A stretch of DNA of 57,516 nucleotides, taken from NCBI GenBank assembly GCA_964402835.1, contig CAYODZ010000228.1:1-57516 (forward strand). Reading direction: 5' to 3'. The translations under genes were made by a program, and so were the position numbers. This document shows positions 17,632-25,445 of the stretch, piece by piece. Numbering within the stretch: position 1 is the stretch's first letter; each line of letters begins with the position of its first letter. Below the pieces are notes generated by a model, which was given only the letters and a program-made list of their open reading frames with translations, was not told the DNA's origin and did no database searches. Source of the stretch: an uncultured Gammaproteobacteria bacterium. Its GTDB lineage: Bacteria; Pseudomonadota; Gammaproteobacteria; Natronospirales; JAIVGZ01.

Positions 17632-18842
17632 GCCTCGACAAGATTCGCACCGAGCTGGTCCGCGCGAACGGGTTCAACAAGGCGAGCGCCACGCAGCTGT
17701 CGAAGGTGCTGGCGCTGGTGGATGCGCAGATCACAGACCCGCCCGTCGAGGAACCGCCACCGGTCGAAGAGCTGCCGGTCGAAGAGCTGCCCGATGAGGA
17801 ACCACCGGTAGGGCCGGAGCCTGAACCGCCTCCGCCGCCGGCTGCCGTTGCTGGCGTGCTGATCGGCCGCGACGAACTGATGGCGCTGCCGACGAGCGGC
17901 CGCGCATGGGAAAGTGTCTACGGTGTCGCGGCATCGAGCTGGGGCACTGGCAACATCGCTGATCAGGACAGCGACCATGACGTAAAGACGTTGGCGGGTG
18001 CGCTGGTGGCGGCGCGTACTGGCGAGTTCATGGATAAGACCCGCGCGTCACTGATGAGCATCATCGGGACCGAGTTCAACCCGCAGTCTGGTAGTCAGTG
18101 GCTCGCGGTGTCGCGCAATATGGCAGCGTACACGATTGCCGCCGACCTGATTGGCATGCGGTCAGACCCGGTATTCCATGCATGGATGGAGGGGTGGCGA
18201 ACGAAGGAGATTGTTGCGCTGGGCGACCCGCGTACCATCTCAGGGTTCGACAGCGGCTCCAACGCATCGTCGCAGGAAGGGTTCTTCCACGCCTGCCTCG
18301 CGGTGTATCTCGACGACGCGGATATGCTCGCGGAAATATGGGCGAAGTTCCAGCGGTTCGTGGGTGACCCTGCGGGTCCGCTCGACCCGAAGGGCATCAA
18401 TCTGTCGCAGGGCATTGGGGCAGGTTGGTCACACGACCCCGACAATGCCGTCGCCATCAACCCGAAGGGCACGACGAAGAACGGTGTCCGCATCGACGGC
18501 GCCATCATCAACGACATGCGGCGCGGTGGTGATTTCAAACACCCGCCGGGATACACGCAGTATCCGTGGACCGGAACGGACGGACTCGTGCCTGCCGCGC
18601 TCGTGCTGCACCGCGCGGGCTACCCGGCGTTCGAGATCGCGGACCAGGCGATCAGGCGGGTGATGGAATATCTGCACTGGCTGCGCGTGGACACAGGACA
18701 CACGGAATGGTTCAGCGGCACGCGCGGGCAGTCGCAGATCCACATCGTGAACTGGTTTTACCGCCTCGGTCTGCCGATCCAGTATCCGGTCGGCGTGAAC
18801 CGCTGCGTCGGCTTCCTCGACTGGACGCACCCGATCCCGTGA
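17628..18842 (+). CDS. Enzyme-like protein with Pro/Glu linker, possibly an alpha/alpha-toroid polysaccharide lyase (alginate lyase/heparinase-like)
   Basis: N-terminal helical segment, PPVEEPPPVEELPVEELPDEEPP linker, then about 300 aa rich in W/H/Y motifs (WLAVSRNMAAYTIAADL, WMEGW, INDMRRGG, YTQYPW). The fold assignment is a guess. Confidence 0.3.
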   Translation: MSLDKIRTELVRANGFNKASATQLSKVLALVDAQITDPPVEEPPPVEELPVEELPDEEPPVGPEPEPPPPPAAVAGVLIGRDELMALPTSGRAWESVYGVAASSWGTGNIADQDSDHDVKTLAGALVAARTGEFMDKTRASLMSIIGTEFNPQSGSQWLAVSRNMAAYTIAADLIGMRSDPVFHAWMEGWRTKEIVALGDPRTISGFDSGSNASSQEGFFHACLAVYLDDADMLAEIWAKFQRFVGDPAGPLDPKGINLSQGIGAGWSHDPDNAVAINPKGTTKNGVRIDGAIINDMRRGGDFKHPPGYTQYPWTGTDGLVPAALVLHRAGYPAFEIADQAIRRVMEYLHWLRVDTGHTEWFSGTRGQSQIHIVNWFYRLGLPIQYPVGVNRCVGFLDWTHPIP

Positions 18843-19552
18843 GCGTGTTCGACGGCGTCACGCCGCACAGCAGCCCCAGCGCGGCGTCGAGCTCGTTCAA
18901 CAGCCATTCGCTCACGGGCACCAACCGCTTCGTTTTGGTTGGAGTCGGGACGGGCGACGGAAACACCGGCTCGTGGAAGGACGTGACGGGCGTCGATTTC
19001 GGCGGCGCCGCGATGGCGCAGCTCGGATCGCAACTTGTCTGCAACGACCGCGTTAGTCTCGAGGTGTTCAAGCTGGTCAACCCGCCGGCCGGAGTCTCGG
19101 CCGTGGATATAGCACTTGCGGCTGCGGCGATTCATGGCGCGGTGTGCAAGAGCTTTCACACGGTCGACCAGACCACTCCGCACGGCACGCCGGCATCCGA
19201 CAACACGGCGGCAGCGGGCGCCTCCGTCGCCGTCGGCTCGGCGGTCGGCGAACTGGTCGCGGACTTCCTCGCCCTCATCAATACCGGCGCCCCGACAGAG
19301 GGAGCAGACCAGACGCCGCGTGCGAACTTCGTATTCAGCGGTGGCGATGACAGTCTCGCAGCTTCGACTGAGCCGGGGGCTGCGAGCGTCACGATGTCGT
19401 GGTCGTGGGGCGCGACGCGTGCGAACTGCCTGCTCGCGGTATCGCTCAAGCCGGCCACGGGCGGCGGCGCCCCCGACCCCCCTGTCATCACCAGTCCCGC
19501 CGAAAGCGCGACCGTGGACGGCAACCTCCTGATCGAGTGGACGCACGCATGA
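18839..19552 (+). CDS. Hypothetical beta-rich protein (fibre/accessory region)
   Basis: GTGA overlap. 237 aa, Ala/Gly/Ser/Thr-rich. No motif recognised. Confidence 0.45.
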   Translation: MSVFDGVTPHSSPSAASSSFNSHSLTGTNRFVLVGVGTGDGNTGSWKDVTGVDFGGAAMAQLGSQLVCNDRVSLEVFKLVNPPAGVSAVDIALAAAAIHGAVCKSFHTVDQTTPHGTPASDNTAAAGASVAVGSAVGELVADFLALINTGAPTEGADQTPRANFVFSGGDDSLAASTEPGAASVTMSWSWGATRANCLLAVSLKPATGGGAPDPPVITSPAESATVDGNLLIEWTHA

Positions 19553-19896
19553 GGTGGCGCATCTACTACATCGGAGGAAGCACCTTCGACAGCTCCCAGG
19601 GTGCTCCGTTTGATGCACCGAAGGAGGGTTGTGGTGTGATCGTCGCGCCCGACCCCGAAGTAGGTCGAGCCCTCATCCATCGGTGGAACTGGTACTACTT
19701 CAAGTCTGGTATCTGGTGGGGCGCCGACATCTTCGGACTGCTCGACCAGTTCAAGCACTTCGCCCCAGAGATCACGGCCGTCATCGAGGGCCGCACCGGG
19801 CTCAACTCCGAGTGGAACGAGCTGTTAGCTCGCGCTGACGCTGACCCCGACTTTCCGATAAAGTCGGCCGTCCGGCCGGGGGAGCGCGGTCCATGA
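19549..19896 (+). CDS. Hypothetical protein
   Basis: ATGA overlaps on both sides. Trp-rich 115 aa (RWNWYYFKSGIWWGADIFG). Confidence 0.5.
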   Translation: MRWRIYYIGGSTFDSSQGAPFDAPKEGCGVIVAPDPEVGRALIHRWNWYYFKSGIWWGADIFGLLDQFKHFAPEITAVIEGRTGLNSEWNELLARADADPDFPIKSAVRPGERGP

Positions 19897-21956
19897 CTCA
19901 CATCAACCCATCAGTCCAGCAGCGCACGATCCGGGGCCGGAACGATGACGGCTCTGAATCGGCCGCATCGTGGAAGGCGGCTGAGAACACCGCTTGGACG
20001 CAGCCCGTAGACGAGAATTTCCGCATCCGGCTGGAGATTCAGGAGACGGCCGGGGGAGACGCCAAGAACGCGACGTTCGACCTTCAGCGCAACCTGAACG
20101 GTGCTGGGTGGGTCTCGGTCACCACGACCTCCGCCGTGGTGCGCGCGGTCGCGAGCTCGCATCTCAATCAGGGCGACCCGACCACCAACCAGCTCTCGCT
20201 GGGCACCGGGACGTTCGTCGTCGGGACGGTGTCGGAGACCGGCCTCAGCACTACCGTCACGATCACGGCCAGCAACCACACCGAGTTCGAGTTCGTCGTG
20301 CAAATTCTCTCTGCCGATGTGGTAAATGGCGACCTCATCAAGTTCAGGGTGATCTACGGCGATGCCACACTGCTCGAGAACTATGCCGCCGCGACGGACT
20401 TCTCGGTCACGATAAGTGAGACGGGCAGTGTCGAGCTCGTGGTTCAGGACGCCGCGCATACTCACGCGGCTGACTCCCCGAGCCTGACACAAGCGAACGT
20501 CCTGGCGGTGGACGACGCCAGCCATGCGCACGCGGCAGACGAACCTATCCTGTCCGCAGGCATCACACTGGCGGTTGCCGACGCTGCGCACGCGCACTCC
20601 GCCGAATCGGTCGATCTGGTCGTCACCACGTACGAATACCGCGCCGAATATTCTACCAACGCCGGCGCCGACTGGACCCCGGTCGCGGACTGGTCGCACG
20701 ACAAGAGTGCCACGCTGGATACAACCACACTCCCCGATGGCGCCCTCGACATCCGGGTGCAGGCCCGCGAGACCGCAACACCGGCCAACCTGAGCGATTA
20801 CGATACCGTCAGCGTCACGGTGGACAACAGCGCCGGCGTCACGCTCACTGTGGCCGATGCAACCCACGGGCACTCAGCCGAAGCGGTGGCACTCTCGCAG
20901 GGCTACGTCCTGTCGGTCGATGACGCCGCACATGGACATGCCGCTGACGCGCCTACATTGACCGAAGCGGCCACGCTGGCCGTTGCGGATGCGAGTCACG
21001 CACATGCCGCCGATTCACCGACGCTCGCCGAGGCAGCCACCCTCGAGGTCGCGGCCGCGCTGCATGGTCACTCTGCTGAATCGGTCGCGCTCGAGCAGGC
21101 GAACGAGCTGGCAGTTTCAGATGCCGCACACGGACACACGGCGGAAGCGCCTACGCTCACAGAAGCGGCTGTGCTGGACGTTGCCGACGCGAGTCACGCT
21201 CACGTCGGCGACTCGCCGGCGCTGATACAGGGCCACGTTCTGGACGTTCAGGACGCCGCGCATGCCCACGTCGCGGACGCGCCCACGCTTTCACAGGCTG
21301 TCGCGCTCACGGTTGCGGACGCCTCACACGCGCACACAGCCGATGCCGTAGCACTGACGCAGGCGCACGTCCTCGCACCCGCCGATGCTCTTCACGGCCA
21401 TACCGCGGAGTCGCCGGAACTGACGATCGCGGGCGCGCTCGCTGTTTCGGATGCCGCGCATGCTCACACGGCCGAGTCCCCGGCGCTCGTGCAGGCGAAT
21501 CTCCTCGGCGTCCTGGGCGCGATCCACGGCCACACAGCCGAGAGCCCGACGCTCACCGTCGCGCAGCTCCTCGAGGTGGCCGACGCGCTCCATGCCCACA
21601 TCGCGGACAGTCCGACGATCGCGTTCGGGGCGCTGCTCGCGGTCGCGGACGCGCTGCACGCACACTCGGCCGACGCGGTTGTACTGTCGCCGGCGTACGT
21701 GCTCGCGGTCATGGACGCCCTGCACGCTCACACGGCAGGAAGCCCGATGCTGATCGACGGATCCATCCTGCCGTTCGAGATGCTTACCCTGCCGCTGCTC
21801 TTCACGCGCGCCATCAGCCGCGACCTGGCATTCACGCGGATCATAGAGCGGCGCCTTGCGTTCGTGCGTGACATCGAGGCCGAGGTGGCGTTCGCTCGCA
21901 CCATTGACCGCGACACGCAGTTCACGCGCGTCATCACGCGCAGATTGGAGTTCTGA
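19893..21956 (+). CDS. Fibre-like repeat protein: N-terminal jelly-roll-like domain, 17 x 22-aa DA.H.H repeats split by an Ig-like insert, 5 x 10-aa F.R C-terminal repeats
   Basis: 687 aa. His positions 189, 211, 233 then 325..611 in exact steps of 22. Insert is residues about 245-319. The tail is LLFTRAISRD/LAFTRIIERR/LAFVRDIEAE/VAFARTIDRD/TQFTRVITRR. Confidence 0.7.
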   Translation: MTHINPSVQQRTIRGRNDDGSESAASWKAAENTAWTQPVDENFRIRLEIQETAGGDAKNATFDLQRNLNGAGWVSVTTTSAVVRAVASSHLNQGDPTTNQLSLGTGTFVVGTVSETGLSTTVTITASNHTEFEFVVQILSADVVNGDLIKFRVIYGDATLLENYAAATDFSVTISETGSVELVVQDAAHTHAADSPSLTQANVLAVDDASHAHAADEPILSAGITLAVADAAHAHSAESVDLVVTTYEYRAEYSTNAGADWTPVADWSHDKSATLDTTTLPDGALDIRVQARETATPANLSDYDTVSVTVDNSAGVTLTVADATHGHSAEAVALSQGYVLSVDDAAHGHAADAPTLTEAATLAVADASHAHAADSPTLAEAATLEVAAALHGHSAESVALEQANELAVSDAAHGHTAEAPTLTEAAVLDVADASHAHVGDSPALIQGHVLDVQDAAHAHVADAPTLSQAVALTVADASHAHTADAVALTQAHVLAPADALHGHTAESPELTIAGALAVSDAAHAHTAESPALVQANLLGVLGAIHGHTAESPTLTVAQLLEVADALHAHIADSPTIAFGALLAVADALHAHSADAVVLSPAYVLAVMDALHAHTAGSPMLIDGSILPFEMLTLPLLFTRAISRDLAFTRIIERRLAFVRDIEAEVAFARTIDRDTQFTRVITRRLEF
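20442..21773 (+). repeat. In-frame 66-bp tandem repeat array (3 copies 20442..20624, 14 copies 20850..21773)
   Basis: Consensus peptide V.DA.HAH.A(D/E)SP.L.QA..LA. The period was verified from His spacing in the translation. Confidence 0.8.
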
Positions 21957-21957
21957 C

Positions 21958-22257
21958 ATGAGCATACAGAAAGGTTCTAAGCTCCGTGTGAACCTGCCGT
22001 TCGTCGACGTCGACGAGGCTGGCACGGAGGAGCCCATTGATCTTTCGGCAGTCGCAGCAAAGAGTGTCCGCATCATCCGGCCGGATGGCACGGAGATCCA
22101 GTCGCCCACGCTCGAGATCGACGACGCCGCGGCCGGGCTTGCGCACTGGGAGGCCGCTGCGGGCGTGCTCGATCAGGTGGGACTATGGCGCGCGCAGGGG
22201 TTTGCCGACGACTACAAGTCGGATGAGGCGTCGTGGCGAGTCAGGGGGAACCCGTGA
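21958..22257 (+). CDS. Hypothetical small beta-rich protein (last + strand late gene)
   Basis: ATG is 1 nt after the upstream stop. 99 aa. No motif recognised. Confidence 0.45.
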   Translation: MSIQKGSKLRVNLPFVDVDEAGTEEPIDLSAVAAKSVRIIRPDGTEIQSPTLEIDDAAAGLAHWEAAAGVLDQVGLWRAQGFADDYKSDEASWRVRGNP

Positions 22258-22546
22258 CGCTACGTCGGCGGCGTTCCGGGTGGCGCCGTGATGCATCGCC
22301 TAATCAGTGCAGGAGGAGGGACGGCCGGAACTGGAGCGAATCCCCAACACCGGCGGGACTGCCAGGCGTCGGCCGCCCCTCTCGCATAAACGATGCGCCG
22401 CGGAAGAGCGGCGCGGACATAGGAGGATGGGACGATGTTGTCAAACATTCGCTGGTGGCTAGTCCGGGTGCTCGCTCCGCGGGTCTCGGAGGGAACATGC
22501 AATATTCGCGACAATACAATGACAAATGCGGTCGTCGTATATGACA

Positions 22547-22891
22547 TCATCCTGCGTCCGCCTCGTCAGTGAAGCTGATGCCGCGCTGCTGGGGTGGCAT
22601 AGGAGAATCGTGTACCCGACTGCGCAGTTCGGAAATCACCACCTCTGAATCGATTCGCTTGGGGTGCCTGACTAGAAGGTATACGGTCGAAAGCGTCGAA
22701 GCAATTAACCCGAGGCCGAACACCGCCCTCCAAGCTTCTGCGTCGAGTATGTAGTTCTGGAAGTCGGCACTGACGAGCACGGAGAGAAACGTTACTGCGA
22801 AGCCGAGCGCCACGATCCATGCGCCACCCCACCGAATGGCGCCGATCCTTCGGTCCAACACCGTTCGGACGGTGTCCTCTGAGACAGTCAT
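22547..22891 (-). CDS. Two-TM membrane protein (moron cassette gene 4)
   Basis: Start MTVSEDTV.. TM helices WGGAWIVALGFAVTFLSVLV and VFGLGLIASTLSTVYLLV with a soluble tail. Lower GC than the genome. Confidence 0.5.
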   Translation of the reverse strand: MTVSEDTVRTVLDRRIGAIRWGGAWIVALGFAVTFLSVLVSADFQNYILDAEAWRAVFGLGLIASTLSTVYLLVRHPKRIDSEVVISELRSRVHDSPMPPQQRGISFTDEADAG

Positions 22892-22928
22892 GTGGAGGAC
22901 CGGAACGGTGTAGGCCTGGTCTGCCCGT

Positions 22929-23234
22929 CTAGGCTTCTTCGCCACTCGCCGCACCCGTGCGAGCAGGTTTGCCGCGAATCTGATCGAAGGTTTTTTCGAC
23001 CAGCTGTCGGCCACCAGGCCCCGCACCGTGGAACAACCCCTTTAGGAAGGACATCGTGAGCGCAGCTGGGCCGGAGAACGCCCATCGAATGTTCTCTCCA
23101 AATTCACAACGCTCGAACCCAACAGGGGCATTCCCATAGAAAATCAGCTCGCAGTTGCGGAACTTGCACTTGTAAAACTCAGTTCCGTCAAGCGTGACCG
23201 TCGTATTTTCGATTATCTCGCCCGAGCGCTTCAC
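22929..23234 (-). CDS. Hypothetical 101-aa protein (moron cassette gene 3)
   Basis: GTG start in GTGA overlap with the upstream stop. Clearly lower GC (about 50% by eye). N-terminal FYKCKFRNCELIFYGN..FERCEF beta-repeat-like pattern. Confidence 0.5.
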   Translation of the reverse strand: MKRSGEIIENTTVTLDGTEFYKCKFRNCELIFYGNAPVGFERCEFGENIRWAFSGPAALTMSFLKGLFHGAGPGGRQLVEKTFDQIRGKPARTGAASGEEA

Positions 23235-23506
23235 TTTGTCTGCTCCATTCCGGATTGAATGTGGCTAGGCTTCCACACTGCCTTCGCCGTCCTCACCACC
23301 TCACGCAACTGCGGCACGAGCTCGTCCGGATCCGCACTCCGCGGCGGCACCCGCACGACACCGGAGTAGATCCGCCAGCCGCCGATCTTCCGTAGTGCAC
23401 ACCAGTACCAGCTGACGCCATCGACGACGGCACACGGCCGATCCTCGCCGAGCAACTCCCACTCACCCGATGGGCGGGAGATTCGGCGAGCGTTATCCCA
23501 GGTCAT
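23231..23506 (-). CDS. Hypothetical 91-aa protein (moron cassette gene 2)
   Basis: ATG shares one base with the upstream stop (TGATG). Trp-rich (VSWYWCALRKIGGWRIY). No motif recognised. Confidence 0.45.
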   Translation of the reverse strand: MTWDNARRISRPSGEWELLGEDRPCAVVDGVSWYWCALRKIGGWRIYSGVVRVPPRSADPDELVPQLREVVRTAKAVWKPSHIQSGMEQTK

Positions 23507-23697
23507 CAGCAGAACGCCAGCATCAGCAGCAGCACCAGTGGCAGCGTGATGAGCAACGTCAATGCACACCCGACCTTCTGCATCTGCTTCCCGCAGCCGG
23601 CCGCTGCACTCGACGGGTAGTCCACACCGCAGTGAGGACACGTGCGCGCGGCCTGCGCAACCTGCTTACCGCATTCGCGGCAGGGTTTCAGGGCCAT
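23506..23697 (-). CDS. Zinc-ribbon protein with C-terminal TM anchor (moron cassette gene 1)
   Basis: CRECG-x10-CPHCG ribbon followed by the hydrophobic tail CALTLLITLPLVLLLMLAF. Confidence 0.55.
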   Translation of the reverse strand: MALKPCRECGKQVAQAARTCPHCGVDYPSSAAAGCGKQMQKVGCALTLLITLPLVLLLMLAFC

Positions 23698-23757
23698 TGC
23701 TGTCTTCTTAGCCTATCGACCGTTCATGGATGCGAGGATGCCTTGAGAGGATCGTTC

Positions 23758-24045
23758 TCATTGAAGCAGCCGGTTGATGTCGCGGCGCACGAGATCCAGG
23801 GAGTCTTTCAACGTTGAGTACGGTCCTACGATCGTATCGGTCCACGCGGTCAGCGAATCTACCGGAAAATCCGTCTGGTCCCATCGATCCTGCGCGGCCT
23901 GATACTCTCTCTCGTAGGCGATTACCTGCACTTCGAGGATAGCCGCCCGAGTGCGCAGGCGGCGGAGCTTGTCGGCATCGCTCTCGCACGCGGTGAGCGC
24001 CAGCACGGCCGCCAGCACGATCACGGCGCCACGCATGGATGTCAT
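23758..24045 (-). CDS. Small lipoprotein
   Basis: MTSMRGAVIVLAAVLALTAC has a signal peptide plus a canonical lipobox (L-T-A-C). ATG overlaps the upstream stop. Confidence 0.55.
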   Translation of the reverse strand: MTSMRGAVIVLAAVLALTACESDADKLRRLRTRAAILEVQVIAYEREYQAAQDRWDQTDFPVDSLTAWTDTIVGPYSTLKDSLDLVRRDINRLLQ

Positions 24046-24440
24046 TCCGTTGAGAGGAACAGGTACCAAGTCACGCCGCCCAGAACGACGCCCGCAATGC
24101 CGCTCGTCAGCACTGCCCGCCGTCGCTGCTCCCGCAGTCTCGATGCGAACCCCTGCTGATACCCAGCGATGTACTCTCCGCTGCGGCTGCTCAGATTGAT
24201 GACGAGGCTGTCGGGCGGGGTCGCACCGATCGGTGCCGCAACGTATGTGACCAGCACACCCGGTATGCTGAAGGTGAATCCAGAAAGCAGCCCGAACGCA
24301 GCCCAACCATCGGCGCCCACGCTGTCTGCGGCCGCATACCCATGCTCCATTCCGGCAGCAACCGAATTGCCGGCCGTCTGTGAGGCCGCCGGCGCCGCAT
24401 TCGCGAGCACCAACGTTAGCAGAGTCATCAGTCGAGCCAT
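24042..24440 (-). CDS. Secreted/membrane protein (signal peptide plus two C-terminal hydrophobic segments)
   Basis: MARLMTLLTLVLANAAPAASQ signal. Hydrophobic GWAAFGLLSGFTFSIPGVLVTYVAAPIG and VLTSGIAGVVLGGVTWYLFL. Confidence 0.5.
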   Translation of the reverse strand: MARLMTLLTLVLANAAPAASQTAGNSVAAGMEHGYAAADSVGADGWAAFGLLSGFTFSIPGVLVTYVAAPIGATPPDSLVINLSSRSGEYIAGYQQGFASRLREQRRRAVLTSGIAGVVLGGVTWYLFLSTE

Positions 24441-24952
24441 TCGTCCACCAGCCTTCTCATTCGAATCGCGCGAGGCGCGAGTGCCGGTATCCGGTACTTC
24501 TGCCACGCGTAGTTGTCGAGCGGCACCGTGTCCCGGATCCGCTGCTCCACCCATGCAACATCCTGTTCGAGATCGATCTCGTCCATGATGCCGAGCAGCG
24601 CGAACGTGTCGCAGCTGTGCTCGAACTCCGGGTAGTCGCCTGTGAAGTGCATCACCGTGGGCTCGTCGACGTCGCCGCGGAGCACGTGCGCGGCCTCGTG
24701 CAAGATGATGAAGTTCTCGACCTCATGTGACAGATCGTCGCGCAGGCCCAGGTAGTACTTGCCGCCGATCGCAGACGACAACTGAGCGGGCGCCTGCATG
24801 CGCATCCGGAACACCTCGAGGTTGAACACCGCAGCGATGTTCTGCACGTCGCTCGAGGTCACCGGTCGACCGCGACCGTAGTCAGGGATGGCCAGCCGCG
24901 CGGCCTTGATAGTGGCCAGCAGTTCCCTTTCCTCAGCCGTCCTCCGCGTCAT
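24428..24952 (-). CDS. ImmA/IrrE-family zinc metallopeptidase (anti-repressor protease)
   Basis: HEXXH motif in ILHEAAHVLRGD. Directly downstream of, and overlapping, an XRE-type HTH gene. The ORF extends to 25072, but ATG 24952 gives the usual short overlap. Confidence 0.7.
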   Translation of the reverse strand: MTRRTAEERELLATIKAARLAIPDYGRGRPVTSSDVQNIAAVFNLEVFRMRMQAPAQLSSAIGGKYYLGLRDDLSHEVENFIILHEAAHVLRGDVDEPTVMHFTGDYPEFEHSCDTFALLGIMDEIDLEQDVAWVEQRIRDTVPLDNYAWQKYRIPALAPRAIRMRRLVDEWLD

Positions 24953-25445
24953 CTCCGCATAGCTCGTTACGCCAGGCGATGACCTTGGCCATCTCGTCCG
25001 GTTCGAGGTTCCGCCGTCGGGCGATCTGATATCCAAAGTCTCCTCGTTCACACGGCGTGAGCAGCCCGGCATGGCGCCGGATCCACTCTGGGTCGCCGAG
25101 CGCGTGGATAATCTCTGCGGCGTTACCGGACGCTTCGAACGATGGTCCGCGCTCTCGGAGAATGCCCGGGTTGGCCGGTGCAGGCCAAAAGCCGACCCCT
25201 GCTACCCTGCGCATCTCCACAAACGACTTGATTGCCCTTCGTTTCGCCTTGGTGATCCGAGTCCAATCTCCGCGGCGCCAGCGGGATACGTCGTTGTCGG
25301 TCACCCCCGGCACCATCTCTCGGATCTCCTGGCCGCTGTAGTCCGCCACGAATTCCAGGAATTCCCGAACTAAATCCTTGTCGTCCAGAGTCTTAGCCTC
25401 GGTCACGTACGGAGCTGGAACGAGAGCCTTGACGTCCCATTCCAT
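24933..25445 (-). CDS. XRE-family HTH protein, probable immunity repressor (ImmR/CI-like)
   Basis: HTH-like YSGQEIREMVPGVTDNDVSRWRRG. First gene of the minus-strand operon, divergent from the early + strand genes. Confidence 0.6.
   Translation of the reverse strand: MEWDVKALVPAPYVTEAKTLDDKDLVREFLEFVADYSGQEIREMVPGVTDNDVSRWRRGDWTRITKAKRRAIKSFVEMRRVAGVGFWPAPANPGILRERGPSFEASGNAAEIIHALGDPEWIRRHAGLLTPCERGDFGYQIARRRNLEPDEMAKVIAWRNELCGDDAEDG

Noticed and set aside
20442-21773. The regular 66-bp repeat array could be mistaken for a CRISPR array or a DGR variable/template repeat pair.
   Set aside because: The repeats are contiguous with no unique spacers, are in frame, and translate to a conserved 22-aa unit. 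No cas genes and no reverse transcriptase ORF exist in the window, and no adenine-specific mismatch pattern between two discrete copies was evident.
22258-22546. The 289-bp non-coding gap between convergent late and immunity operons was checked for a tRNA, a small RNA or attP.
   Set aside because: I could fold no cloverleaf (no T-arm GTTCRANYC-type stem-loop with a matching acceptor). The only hairpin (GCGCCGC-ggaaga-GCGGCGC, 22395..22414) is short and lacks a T-run. Nothing links the gap to the integrase, which lies 14 kb away.
24953-25072. Longer ImmA ORF starting at 25072 (214 aa).
   Set aside because: It would overlap the repressor gene by 140 nt, and the extra N-terminus (MPGCSRRVNEETLDIRSPDGG..) looks non-coding. 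ATG 24952 gives the 20-nt overlap typical of this operon.
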